Assembly (NCBI RefSeq): GCF_046119375.1
Contig: NW_027362771.1
Coordinates: 389,608,001-389,672,000, forward strand
Source: Phyllobates terribilis
Lineage: Eukaryota
Direction: 5' to 3'
DNA: 64,000 bases
Below the pieces are notes generated by a model. The model had not been told where the DNA came from. It saw nothing but the letters and a program-made list of their open reading frames with translations, and did not search any database. Position numbers and translations under genes: made by a program. Positions 38,170 to 51,154 of this stretch are shown here, in pieces (positions within the stretch are counted from its first letter, which is position 1; every line of letters begins with the position of its first letter).

Positions 38170-41100
38170 ACCCGGCGAGGGGCCGCAGACATGTGCCGTG
38201 TCCATTAATGGAGTACAGGTGCTTGGACTTTTGGACTCTGAGAGTCTGGTGACCTTAATCAGAGCTACCCTTCCCCACCAGTTGATACCTTTCAAAACTG
38301 TGGGCGTTCGGTGCATCTATGGCGAGACCAAGGACTATCTCGTGGCCACAGAGACAGTGGGAACAAACGGTGGTGCCCAGTCTCATGAGGTCAGGGTGGT
38401 TAAGGACCTGATACATCCCGTCATATTGGGCCGTGATTTTTCTTTATTTTGGGACTTGTGGGGGAAGGGATCCGGACTAAATAGCGTGGGGAAAAGCCAG
38501 GTCCCAGTAGAAGAACCCCCCGATGAAGTCTCAAGTGGATGAGTTCCCACTGTGTGTCCTTGCCGGCAATGAGGGATAGACAGTGACTGAGGAGGCCGAC
38601 CTCTCTGAGTTAGATGTGTCCAGAGAGAACTTTGGGATTGCTCAAGTTCAGGACCTGACATTAAAGGGGGCGTTTGACCAGGTTACTGTATGTAATGGCG
38701 TTACCCAAGAGCCGAAGGCCGATACCAGGTTCCCCCACTTTGCAGTTCAGGGGGAGTTGCTATATCGGGTGGCAAAACTAAGGGACGGTGAGACAGTGGA
38801 ACAGCCGTTAGTCCGGTGGCCATACAGACGGAGGGTACTGGATATGGCCCATTCACATATTCTGTTGGAACACCTAGGGCTTGAAAAAACTCAGGAGAGA
38901 ATAGTGAGGAGCTTTTATTAGACAGGATGTTACCAGGAAATCTTAAACTATTGTGGGTCCTGCCCCACCTGCCAGATAACCGCGCCCACCTCCCACTTCC
39001 CTAGTCCCTTAGTTCCACTACCCGTGATAGATCTTCCCTTTGAGAGGATTGCCATGGACCTCGTGGGCCCCTTAGTTAAATCAACCCGGGGCCACCAATA
39101 CATCTTGCTTGGTCATCATGGACTATGCGACCCGGTACCCTGAAGCGGTACCCTTAAGGAACTCGTCCAGTAGGAGCATAGCCCGGTAACTTGTTCACAT
39201 CTTTGCCAGGAACGGCCTGCCGAAGGAAATCCTGATGGACCAGGGAACCCCATTCATGAGCAAGGTGATGAAGGAGCTGTGTAAAGTGTTTTAAATTATC
39301 CAGCTGTGAACCTCCATTTACCATCCGCAGACCGATGGCCTGGTGGAGCGCTTTAATAAGACTCTGAAAGTGATGCTCAAAAAGGTCATTGAGAAGGTTG
39401 GTCGAGACTAGGACTACCTGCTTCTGTTTCTACTTTTTTCCATCAGGGAAGTTCCCCAAGCCTCCTCTGGCTTCTCTCCGTTTGAGCTTCTATATGGCCG
39501 GCATCTAAGGGGTCTCCTAGACGTCGCCAAGGAAACCTGGGAGGCTGAGATCACACCCCACTGGAGCATCATCGAACATGTCGCCCAGTTACAGGAGAGA
39601 ATGGCGAAAGTGATGCCCATCGTGAAGGAACATCTCCTCCTGGCGCAAGAAGCCCAGGCAAGGGTGTATAACCGGTCGGCAAGGATGAGACAGTTCCAGC
39701 CTGGGGATCGCGTTCTGGTTCTCATTCCCATTGTCGAAAGGAAGTTCCTAGCCACGTGGCACGGCCCGTATGAGGTAATGGAGAAACTCAGTGAAGTGAA
39801 CTACCGAGTCCACCAGCATGGCCGGAGAAAGCCGCTCCCAATGGCAAGGTGGAAGAGGTCACTACAGCAGAGACACTATCGCTGGCCCAGAAGCAACAGT
39901 GTCGAGAACTACTACAGCGAAATCGGGAGTTGTTCTCAGAGTTGTCGGAGCATATTCAGGTGGTAGAGCATGACGTACTGACAGAGCCACATATAAGAGT
40001 GAATCTGAAGCCATATCGGATTCCGGAAGCATGCCAGGAGATGATCTCCGATGAGGTGAAGAGGATGCTAGACCTCGGGGTGATAGAGGAGTCAAAGAGA
40101 GGGTGGTCGAGCCCAATCGTCCTCGTGCCAAAACCCAACGAAGAGTGGAGGTTTTGTAATGACTACCGACGGCTGAATGAGGTGTCCAAGTGTGACGCAT
40201 ACCCGATGCCTCGCGTCGACGGACTCACCGAGAGGCTTGGACCGGCAAGGTACATCACCACTCTTGACCCGATGAAGGGCTACTGGCAGATCCCCATGTC
40301 CCAGAAGGCCAAGGAGCATATGGCTTTCCTGACACCTGATGGGAGTTTTCAATATACTTGGATGCCGTTCGGACTACAGGGGGCTCCAGCCACCTTCCAG
40401 TGGGCTATGCATCGGATCCTAGCCCCACATAAGAAGTATGCCGCAGCCTACCTTGATGACATTGTAGTCTTTAGCCCAGACTGGGCAAGTCATCTACCTA
40501 AACTACAGGCTGTTCTGGATGATCTAAGGAAGGCGGGATTTACAATAAATCTGAAAAAATGCGCCGTTGGAAAAGAGGAAGCCAAGTACTTGGGCTATGT
40601 CGTCGGAAGAGACGAAATAAAGCCGCAAGTTAATAAAGTGGAGGCAATCCAGACCTGGCCGCAACCATTCTCCAAGTAGCAGGTGAGAGCAGTTTATCCC
40701 AAGTTTTGCCATGATGGCCGAGCCACTGACGGATATCCTAAAAGGCACCAGATCAACCATGGTGAAGTGGATGGAGGAAACAGAGACCGCGTTTCAACTG
40801 TTGAAGTCAGCACTGTGTAAACAGCCGGTCCTGGTCGAACCAGACATCAAGAAAGAGTTTGTGGTCCAGACAGACGCTTCAGAGAACATCCCATTCTCTA
40901 TCTGAGCCGGAAGCTTTCGTCCTGCGAGAAAAACTACGCAATAGTAGAAAAAGAATGTTTAGCCATAAAATGGGCCATAGATACACTAATATACTACCTA
41001 CTAGGCCGGAAGTTTAAGTTGGTGTCAGACCATGCCCCATTGAAATGGTTGAGGGAAAAGAGGGGTAAAAATGCCTTGGTAACTAGATGGTTTCTAGCTC

Positions 41101-41303
41101 ATCAGGACTTCAACTTTCACGTAGAGCATAGGTCCAGGAAGTTACACAGGAACACTGATGCCCTTTCTAGAATTCCCTGTCTGGTATCGGAAGGTGTCCA
41201 AACCCCCGGGTTTGGGCAGAGGGGGAGGATATGTGTCAGAGTCACTGGTATTATTTATGAAGGGAGGTATGTGTCACACAGGTTTCTAGCCTGTGTGAAC
41301 TGA
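38170..41303 (+). pseudogene. pol: protease, integrase, reverse transcriptase, RNase H (disrupted)
   Basis: LLDSESLVTL (PR, DSG>DSE); HSHILLEHLG..CPTCQ, FERIAMDLVGP, DQGTPF, YHPQTDGLVERFN (IN); SSPIVLVPK..RFCNDYRRLN..MPFGLQGAPATFQ..AYLDDIVVFS (RT); VQTDAS, EKECLAIKWA, SDHAPL, NTDALSR (RH). Confidence 0.95.
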
Positions 41304-41732
41304 AGCGAATAAACTTTCTGCCAGCATATTATATGCTGGGGTGTTAACTCACTTAAAGGGTGTGGTTTTATGGGAATGACATAGAGATGGAAGGGAAGTC
41401 ATTCCCCATACCTCCACCTCAGGGTGTGGCTGAGCAAGGTTTAAATGCTTAGTCACCTTTTTTTTCTGTTGTTGTGTTTGGAGAGGCAAGGTCTCTAGAC
41501 TGGACAGCCATTGCCCAGGAAAGAGCTAAAGGCTGGACTATAACTGGTGTGGGCGAACCGCACACACACATATGAACTGTGTTATCATTTATCTTTTTTT
41601 ATTGTTTTGCCAGTAAGGCCTTGTTTATTTTGCTGGAGCTGCAAGGCTTTATGCCATACAATAAAGTCTGCAGAGTAAACCCGGGTACCAAAGTCTACTT
41701 CCGGAAGTGGCAGAGTGAGTCGTCTTGCCACA

Positions 41733-41734
<2 letters not shown>

Positions 41735-41770
<36 letters not shown>
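41735..41770. repeat. (AT)n microsatellite; partner TA-rich tract at 36408-36475
   Basis: Directly visible. The two tracts flank the Gypsy element. Confidence 0.95.
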
Positions 41771-41774
<4 letters not shown>

Positions 41775-42400
41775 TGTGGCAAGACGACGATATGTATATA
41801 TTCAGAGTTTTTCTATTATTTATAGTTTTTGTAAAATATGCAATTAGATATTATTGCTTTTGAAATTTGCAACCATGCAATTGATAGGGATTTCATTTAA
41901 TTGTGAGTTTCCCAGGATGTTGTATTATACTCTATGACTAAGGGTACTGTCAGTACCAGAACGTGTAAGAGTATGTTTTATCTGCCAATATGAGTACATT
42001 TTTATTCTTATGGAATAAAGTTTAAAGATTCTATTACTTCTGGGTGTGCTTTTCCAATCATCCCTTTACATAAAGATTACCGTGTTGTTGCACATTATTA
42101 GATTTAAAGGGAACCCATCAATAGATTCATGCTGCCCGAACCACAGGCAGCATGCATCCAAGCCTGGCTACACTATTGCAGCCAGGTATATTTTACTCTG
42201 ATATGGTCTGGTATTTTAAAGAATACAAAGTTTGAAAAGCTGGACAAGGACTATAGGAAGAGACCTGACAAGTCCAATGCAATACCTGGCCAACTTCTCC
42301 TCCCCACACTAAAGTTGATTAATAGGTCTCTCTTATGTGTGTCCAAAAGAGACTTTACAATAAACTGGATTGAGGCAGAGAATAGCTTTTCGTTTTTTAA

Positions 42401-42829
42401 AGCACCACTCCAGCGGTTTTATTTTGTTTGTTTTTTACGCTGAAGTGGTGCTTCTAATGTAAGTTCCAGCCCCTGGTCTTATACTCACCCTCTGGCATCT
42501 TTATTTTTTTTGGTGCCCCTCCATTCCTGCGGCACCATCTTTTGACTGCAACTTCCGACTGGCTGGAAGTCAGACATTATGTCACAAGGTCTCAATGCAT
42601 GTCTTTGAAAGCCAGAACAAGGGTCTCATAGACTTGTATTGAGCTGTGACCTCTTTCTCACTCCAGCAAACACTGGAGCTGTTCAGCAAGTCAAAAACTG
42701 CCAGAGACCTGCAGGAGCGGCAGTGATAGAAGGTGAAGACGGCAGCAGGTGAGTATAAGAGTAGGATCAGGGACCTTAGATTAGAAGCACCATTCCGGCG
42801 GTAAAATCAAAAATCACTGGAGTGCTGCT
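42401..42829. mobile_element. Kolobok/T2-like MITE
   Basis: TTAA|AGCACCACTCCAG ... CTGGAGTGCTGCT|TTAA. Confidence 0.8.
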
Positions 42830-44276
42830 TTAACCCCTTTCCGACAAGGTCAGTAATAGTACGCAGCTGTGCCCCGGGACCAGCTACGCACTATTACGCG
42901 TGCGGCGATCGCGCCCGCACACAAGCGGTGCGGGGCGATTGCCGCCGGGCGTCAGCTAATTGTCACAGCTGACACCCAGTGCTATGTGCAGGGAGCAGTC
43001 CCGCACCACTCCAGGCACATTAACCACCGCAATGCTGGAATCGAAGTCGATCGCAGCATTGCGGTGGCAAGGGGGAGGTGATCACTATACTCACCTCTCC
43101 TGCCGGTGTCCAGCGATGTCTGCAGCGGCTTCCGGATGTTGCCATGACGACCCGATGTCGTCATGACAACATCCGGGTCCCCAGGAGGCAGGTTGTTACT
43201 TTGATCATGCGCAGTGCATGACCAAAGTAATGTCTCCCCTGAGTGCAGCGCTGACAGGCTGCATGACAAAGGGAGCTGCTGCTGTCTATGCCATGCAGCC
43301 GATCAGGCTGCAAAAACTGAAAGTCCCATAGTGGGACAATGTGTAAGAGTAAAAAAAAAAGCAGAAAAGTGAAAAAATAAGTAAAAAAAAATTTAAAAAA
43401 TATAAAAAAAATGAAAAAAATAATCCCCAAAAATAAAAATATATCGAACCCATAATATTTATTTATTATGAAAAAAAAAAAAACAATAAAAGTACACATA
43501 TTTGGTGTCGTCGCATCTTGAACGACCTGACCAATAAAACTGTCCTATTAGTTAACCCCTTTATTGAATACGGTAAAAAAAAAAAAAACGAAGCAAAAAA
43601 CAATGCTTTATCATCATACCCCCAAACAAAAAAATGGACTAACACGCGATCAAAAAGACGAATATAAATAAAAATGGTACAGCTGAAAACATCATCTTGT
43701 CCCGCAAAAAACAGGCCACCATACAGCTCCATCATCGGAAAAATAAAAAAGTTATAGCTCTTAGAATAAAGGGATACAAAAAATTTTTTTTCTAGAAAAT
43801 AGTTTTTATTGTGTAAATGCGCCAAAACATAAAAAAACTATATAAATGTGGTACCGCTGTAAACGTAGTGACCCGAAGAATAAAGCTGCCTTACCAATTT
43901 TACCACACGCGGAACGGCATAAAATAAAAACAATTCCGGAATTGCTGGTTTTTGTTTATTCTGCCTCCGAAAAATCGGAATAGAAAGCGATTAAAAAATG
44001 TCACATGCCCGAAAATGATACCAATAAAAATGTCAACTTGTCCTGCAAAAAACAAGCTGTAAAATGACTCTGTCAGCCAAAATATGGAAAAATTATAGCT
44101 CTCAAAATATGGTGATGCAAAAACTAGTCTTTGCAAAAAAGCGTCTTTTAGTGTGTGACAGCTGTCAATCATAAAAACCCGATATGAATCTAGTATCGCT
44201 GTAATCACACCGACCCGAAGAATAAAGTTGTTTAATCACTTATACCACACGAGGAACGGTGTAAAAAAATAAACTC

Positions 44277-44933
44277 TAGGGTTAGGGTTGGGCTAGGGTT
44301 AGGGTTGGGCTAGGGATAGAGTTGGGCTAGGGTAAGGGTTGGGTTGGGCTAGGGATAGAGTTGGGCTAGGGTAAGGGTTGGGTTGGGCTAGGGTTAGCGT
44401 TGGGCTAGGGTTAAGTTTGGGCTAGGGTTAGTGTTGGGCTAGGGTTAGGGTTGGGATTGGGGTAGGGTTAGGGTTGGGGTTAGGGTTAGGGTTGGGCTAG
44501 GGTAAGGTTTGGGTTGGGCTAGGGTTAGGGTTGGGCTAGGGTTAGGGTTGGGCTAGGGTTAGGGTTAGGATTTGGGTAGGGTTAGGGTTGGGGCTAGGGC
44601 TAGGGTTGGGCTAGGGTTAGGTTTGGGCTAAGGTTAGGGTTGGGGTTTGGGTTGGGCTAGGGTTAGGGTTAGGGTTGGGCTAGGGTTAGGGTTGGGGTTA
44701 GGATTATGGTAGGGTTAGGGTTGAGGCTAGGGTTGGGGTTAGGGTTGGGCAAGGGTTGGGGTTAGGGTTGGGCTAGGGTTGGGCTAGGGTTAGGGTTGGG
44801 GTTAGGGCTGTGCTAGGATTAGGGTTGGGCTAGCGTTAGGGTTGGACTAGGGTTAGGGTTAGGGTTGGGTTGGGCTAGGGTTAGGGTTGGGTTGGGCTAG
44901 GGTTAGGGTTGGGTTGGACTAAGGTTAGGGTTA
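44277..44933 (+). repeat. Degenerate interstitial telomere-like array (TTAGGG/TTGGG/CTAGGG)
   Basis: ~650 bp of GGGTTA interspersed with GGGTT and GGGCTA variants. Confidence 0.95.
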
Positions 44934-44939
44934 CGCAAC

Positions 44940-45960
44940 CTAAACTTGGAAAAAATCCAAATACTACATGCACATATTTATAATGACATTCTTTATTAGA
45001 AAATATTCGTTAAAAATTAATTTTACAAACACAGAAAAATTTAAAAAATTCAATAGGGAAAAGATGAGCCAAAAGAATGTGGACACACATGGACCAGGAT
45101 ATATGCCCGATGTTAGATTCTCAGACATGTGAATTAACAATCATAGGGGGGGATTAAAGATAATAATCATAAGAGATGATAATAATAATAAATCCCTCCA
45201 CTCCGCCCAGTAGAGAACATAGGGTATAGACATACAAGGAAAGTCCTAAATAGGATACAGCTTCAATGAAAAACCTTAATGTTGAGTATACCCGTATAAT
45301 TCTCCAAATAAATCTATGTAAAGAGAGTTAGAAGTTGATGCATCGGTTTAAGTAGGAGCACCGGTATTAAGCCATCCGACTTACCCATCAGGAGTATCAA
45401 TGTGCCAGGTCATGCACCACAAGTAACGCCCCGACACACATTTCGCACACTCAGTGCTTTCTCAAGGGGAGTGTGTAGTAAAAAAGTCATGTCTCACCGC
45501 ATTTATGCGCCAATTAATGCACCGCATGTCAGCGCTGTCACAGTGTTTCCGGATGCATGGGGTCCGGCTCTCCTTTCCGGCATGCATCCGGGGAAATCCC
45601 CATCAGACGTCATAGGTGCATACCAGAAATGACGGAGACCTTTGCCCGTCCATGGACAAACTGTTTCAGCGCGCATGCGCCTGCCGGCGCCATTTTTTCG
45701 AAGTCTCGTGCCTTCATAGATCATACACAGACCAAAGGCACAGCCACAAACAAAAAGTATTCCAGCAGGTATCCACCCTAGAAAACACCACCGCACAGTC
45801 AGACGCACAGCACCCACACACACATGATGAAAACATTCATTCTGAAGATAGGAGCCCAACAGTGGGCGCACCCCAAAGGAAAATGCAACCCGATGCAAAC
45901 TCAAGTAGCGAGCACTTGCGCTCAAGACTAATGACAACTTATTCAATATGATGACCTAAT
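44940..45960 (-). mobile_element. Probable non-autonomous Penelope-like insert with a decayed hammerhead motif
   Basis: Absent from the homologous piggyBac-like copy. Minus strand 45428-45470 reads CCCC-TTGAGAA-A-GCAC-TGAGT-GTGC-GAAA-TGTGTG-TC-GGGG. Confidence 0.45.
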
Positions 45961-48202
45961 GTTATCAAATTCTGTCGTACCGTTGGGTTCAAAATGTACA
46001 CTATACCCCTTGATAAAATCCATGAGGGGTCTAGTTTCCAAAATGGAGTCAATTGTGGGGGGTTTCCACTATTTAGGCACATAGGAGGCTCCTGAAATGC
46101 GATATGGCATCTGCTCTTGATTCCAGCCAATTTTGCGTTCAAAAAGTCACACAGTGCTCCTTCCCTTCTGAACCCTGAGGTGTGCCCAAACAGTGTATTT
46201 TCCCCACATATGGGGTGTTGGCGTACTCAGGAGAAATTGCACAACAGTTTTAAGGTTCCACCATTCTCCAAAATGGTGTCACTTGTGGGGGGTTTCCACT
46301 GTTTAGGCACATCAGGGGCTCTCCAAATGCAACATGGCATCTGCTAATTATTCAAGCAAATTTTACATTCAAAAAGTCAAATGGCGCTCCTTCCCTTCCG
46401 AACCCTGCCATGCGCCAAGAAATAGTTTTCCCCCAATATCTGGAGTATCAGTTTACTCAGGAGAGATTGCAAAACAAGTTGCATGGTGCAATTTCTCCTG
46501 TTACCCTTATGAAAATGCAAAACTGGGGGCTGAAAAACATTTTTGTGGGAAAAATGTGAACATTTTATTTTCACGGTTCCATGTTATAAGCTTCTGTGAA
46601 GCACCTGGGGGTTCAAGGTGCTCACCATACATCTAGATAAGTTCCCTGAGGGGTATAGTTTCCAAAATGGTATGACTAATGGGGGGTTTCTACTGCTTAA
46701 GCACTTCAGGGGCTCTCTAAACGCAACATGGCGTCCGCTAATTATTCAAATTTTACATTCAAAAAAGTCAGATGGCGCTTCTTTCCTTCTGAGCCCTGCT
46801 GTACGCCCAAACAGTGTTTTTTCCCCACATATGGGGTATCTGCGTGCTCAGGGGAAATTGCACAACAAATTTTGGGATCCATTTTTTCCTGTTACCCCTG
46901 CAAAAATAAAAAATTGGGGTCTAAAGTTACATTTTTGTGAAAAAAGTTAAATGCTCATTTTTTTCTTCCCCATTCCAAAAATTCCTGCGAAGCACGTGAA
47001 GGGTTAATAAACTTCTTGAATGTGGTTTTGAGCACCTTGAGGGGTGCAGTTTTTAGAATTGTGTCACTTTTGGGTATTTTCTATCATAAAGGCCCCTCAA
47101 AGTCACTTCAAACGTGATGTGGTCCCTAAAAAAATGTTTTTGCAAATTTTGTTGTAAAAATGAGAAATCGCTGGTCAACTTTTAACCCTTATAGCTCCCT
47201 AATAAAAAAAAAAATTGGTTCCAAAATTGTGCTGATGTAAAGTAGATATGTGGGAAATGTTATTTATTAACTATTTCGTGTGATATACCTCTCTGATTTA
47301 AGGGCATAAAAATTCAAATTTTGATAATTGTGAAATTTTCAAAATTTTTGCCAAATTTCCGTTTTTTTCACAAATAAACGCAAGTGATATCGAAGAAATT
47401 TTACCACTATCATGAAGTACAATATGTCACGAAAAGCAATCTCAGAATCAGCGGGATCCGTTGAAGCGTTCCAGAGGTATTACCTCATAAAGTGACAGTG
47501 GTCAGATTTGTAAAAATTGGCCCGGTCATTAACGTGCAAACCACCCTCGGGGGTAAAGGGGTTAAACTGCATTTCAAATTAAACCTACTTGGCTGAAATT
47601 GGGCAATCAGGCTCTGAATAATGCTGCTTATGGTTCGACTGCATAAATCCAATGACAAAAACGATTTTAACTTCCTATTGTATAACATTCATCACAATCC
47701 ATTTTTTTACTTGAATGGTCAAAACCCCAACTGAATCAGTCTACAAAGAAAGGAAGTGTAATCCATTAAACATGTTTACAACTAATTAAAATTTCATAAG
47801 AAACTGCAACAGGATATTAATGCTACACTCCAAAGATAATATAAAACAATAATTATATATTTTTATAGATTGACACAAAGTATTATTCACAACTCCCTGG
47901 TATACTAATTACTTAGTGACTGCAAAATAGTATATGTAAAACCATATACATGTACAGTTTGGGGTATAAAGGGGTTGTTCACTACTAGGACAACCCCATC
48001 TCAGCATGTTAACTCCATATATATAATTTTTTATGGTGTTCACTTAAGGGGTTAAATAGTGTGACCGTTTTATAGATCACGTAGTTCTGAACATGGCGAT
48101 AGAAAATATGTGTACTATTTTAGTTTTATGTAAATATACATATTTATTGGTATAATATTATTTACATTTTTTTGCTCTTTATTTTGTGATTTTTTTAATA
48201 TA

Positions 48203-49823
48203 CAGTACAGACCAAAAGTTTGGACACATCTTCTCATTTAAAGATTTTCTGTATTTTCATGACTATGAAAATTGTACATTCACACTGAAGGCATCAAATT
48301 ATTAATTAACACATGTGGAAAAATATATACTTAACAAAAAAGTGTGAAACAACTGAAAATATGTCTTATATTCTAGGTTCTTCAAAGTAGCCACCTTTTG
48401 CTTTGATGACTGCTTTGCACACTCTTGGCATTCTCTTGATGAGCTTCAAGAGGTAGTCACCGGAAATGGTCTTCCAACAATCTTGAAGGAGTTCCCAGAG
48501 ATGCTTAGCACTTGTTGGCCCTTTTGCCTTCACTCTGCGGTCCAGCTCACCCCAAACCATCTCGATTGGGTTCAGGTCTGGTGACTGTGGAGGCCAGGTC
48601 ATCTGTCGTAGCACCCCATCACTCTCCTTCTTGGTCACGTAGCCCTTACACAGCCTGGAGGTGTGTTGTCCTGTTGAAAAATAAATGCTGTTCCAACTAA
48701 ACGCAAACCGGATGGAATAGCATGCCGCTGCAAGATGCTGTGGTAGTCATGCTGGTTCAGTATGCCTTCAATTTTGAATAAATCCACAACAGTGTCACCA
48801 GCAAAGCACCCCCACCCCATCACACCTCCTCCTCCATGCTTCACGGTGGGAACCAGGTATGTAGAGTCCATTCGTTCACCTTTTCTGCGTCACACAAAGA
48901 CACAGTGGTTAGAACCAAAGATCTCAAATTTGGACTCATCAGACCAAAGCATAATTTTCCACTGGTCTAATGTCCATTCCTTGTGTTCTTTAGCCCAAAC
49001 AAGTCTCTTCTGCTTGTTGCCTGTCCTTAGCAGTGGTTTCCTAGCAGCTATTTTACCATGAAGGCCTGCTGCACAAAGTCTCCTCTTAACAGTTGTTGTA
49101 GAGATGTGTCTGCTGCTAGAACTCTGTGTGGCATTGACCTGGTCTCTAATCTGAGCTGCAGTTAACCTGCGATTTCTGTGGCTGGTGACTTGGATAAAAT
49201 TATCCTCAGAAGCAGAGGTGACTCTTGGTCTTCCTTTCCTGGGGCGGTCCTCATGTGAGCCAGTTTCTTTGCAGCGCTTGATGGTTTTTGCAACTGCACT
49301 TGGGGACACTTTCAAAGTTTTCCCAATTTTTCGCACTGACTGACCTTCATTTCTTAAAGTAATGATGACCACTCATTTTTCTTTACTTAGCTGCTTTTTT
49401 CTTGCTATAATACAAATTCTAACAGTCTATTCAGTAGGACTATCAGCTGTGTATCCACCATACTTCTGCACAACACAACTGATGGTCCTAACCCCATTGA
49501 TAAGGCAAGAAATCCCACTTATTAAACCTGACAGGGCACACCTGTGAAGTGAAAACCATTTCCGGTGACTACCTCTTGAAGCTCATCAAGAGAATGCCAA
49601 GAGTGTGCAAAGCAGTCATCAAAGCCAAAGGTGGCTACTTTGAAGAACCAAGAATATAAGACATATTTTCTGTTGTTTCACACTTTTTTTGTTAAGTATA
49701 TAATTCCACGTGTGTTAATTCATAGTTTTGATGCCTTCAGTGCGAATGTACAATTTTCATAGTCATGAAAATACAGAAAAATCTTTAAATGAGAAGGTGT
49801 GTCCAAACTTTTGTTCTGTACTG
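48203..49823 (-). mobile_element. Tc1 transposon, full length (1621 bp), transposase frameshifted
   Basis: TA|CAGTACAGACCAAAAGTTTGGACAC ... GTGTCCAAACTTTTGTTCTGTACTG|TA. ORF pieces: MVIITLRNEGQSVRKI..WSDESKFE (48890-49372), [13 protein letters not shown] (48635-48871), [12 protein letters not shown] (48366-48638). Confidence 0.95.
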
Positions 49824-51154
49824 TATATTTTTACAATTTTTTTTACCCTTTTTTTACTTTTTTCCTTACTCCCTCTATGGGGCTTTAACTTTTATTTCTC
49901 TGATCAATTACATTACACCTGTCAGTGTTACACGGACAAAACGCCTTTTACACCATGATCCTGGCTGCTCCTTAGATAAGCCACCATAGATGGTAGACCT
50001 GGAATCATTATTGACCTCTAGTTGCCATGACTACCATCGGCAGCCTGCGATTATGTTGCGGGAGTGCCAATTTGGTGGGAGAAGGAGACCCCTCCCTCTC
50101 ATAGCCTTCTAAATGATATCGCTATTGATCATAGAATTTAGTGGGTTAAAAATCCAGGGACAGTGCGGGCACCACCCCTGGCTGTCACAGCTGCCACTGG
50201 GAGCTCGCTTAAGAGATAGCTGAGCTCCCAGTGGCAAATGTGCGGGCACAGCTTATGTGCTCACATGATCACCATGATATAACTGTACATCCTTTTACGA
50301 TTATGACGTACAGTTACATTAAATGTCATGACGGGGTTAACCCATTAACGCTAGTTATATTTTTCATTTTTATTCATTTTTGCGCTTTCATTTTGTCCTC
50401 TTCTTCTTCCAAGATTCTTAACTTTTTTTTTCTATGTCGAAACGTATGAGGGCTTACTTTTTGAAGGAAGAGCTGTAGTTTTAATTGACATCATTCATTT
50501 TGCCATGCAATGTAATGAAAAATGGGAAAAAATTCCAAGTGAGATGAAATGGTGGGAAAAATATGCAATTTTATCATAATTTTTGTTTTTTGTTTTAAAA
50601 GTGTTCATTGAACAGTATAAATCACCCAGTAAACAGCAATATGATTCACCAAATCAGTATTATTATGAATAGTGTTGAGCCACCCCCGTAGTGTTCGAGT
50701 TCGGTTCGTCTAACACCCGAATGTTCGTCGAACTGTTCGTCGAACACCTTCGAACACCGTTAAAACCAATGGCAGGCAAACAAAAACACATAGAAACACA
50801 TAGAAAACACTTCAAAGGTATCCAAAAGCAAACAAATTGCTCAGAAGACACAACTAACACATGGAAAAGTGACAAGTACATATAGTCATGCGAAAAGAAA
50901 AGAGGTGGAGGAGTAAAATGAGGGGGAGACACAGATATAGGCATGTCATGCCCTTCTAAAACCAAAAAAGTGCGAAGCCGAAACGGCCAGTCCGTTCCTG
51001 CCCGTGCGACCTCCGTGTCGCCGGGTTTCTGCCAGAGCTGCGGTGGACCCTGATGCCCAGCCCCCCTCTCCCAATACTGGTGCCTGTCCGCTGGTGGGTC
51101 GAGCGAGCCCCCCTGCGGTGGAGGCAGGTCTAATCTTTTTAATTTAAATTGTCT

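Larger units (their letters stand above)
36476..41732 (+). mobile_element. Gmr1-like Gypsy LTR retrotransposon, full length but inactivated
   Basis: Two homologous LTRs (36476-36950 and 41232-41732, both ending GTCGTCTTGCCACA). Polypurine tract GAGGGGGAGGATA before the 3' LTR. Domain order gag(SCAN)-ZnK-PR-IN-RT-RH. Many stops and frameshifts. Confidence 0.95.
42834..47561. mobile_element. piggyBac-like non-autonomous element (~4.7 kb)
   Basis: TTAA|CCCCTT ... AAGGGG|TTAA. Colinear with 30669-34234 but carries a telomere-like array and a ~1-kb insert. Confidence 0.85.
42108..47666. mobile_element. Kolobok/T2-like MITE acting as host of nested elements
   Basis: TTAA|AGGGAACCCATCAATAGATTCATGCTGCCCGAACCAC at the left. 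A decayed inverse (GCTGCTTATGGTTCGACTGCATAAATCCAATGAC..|TTAA) lies at 47620-47670. Confidence 0.6.
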
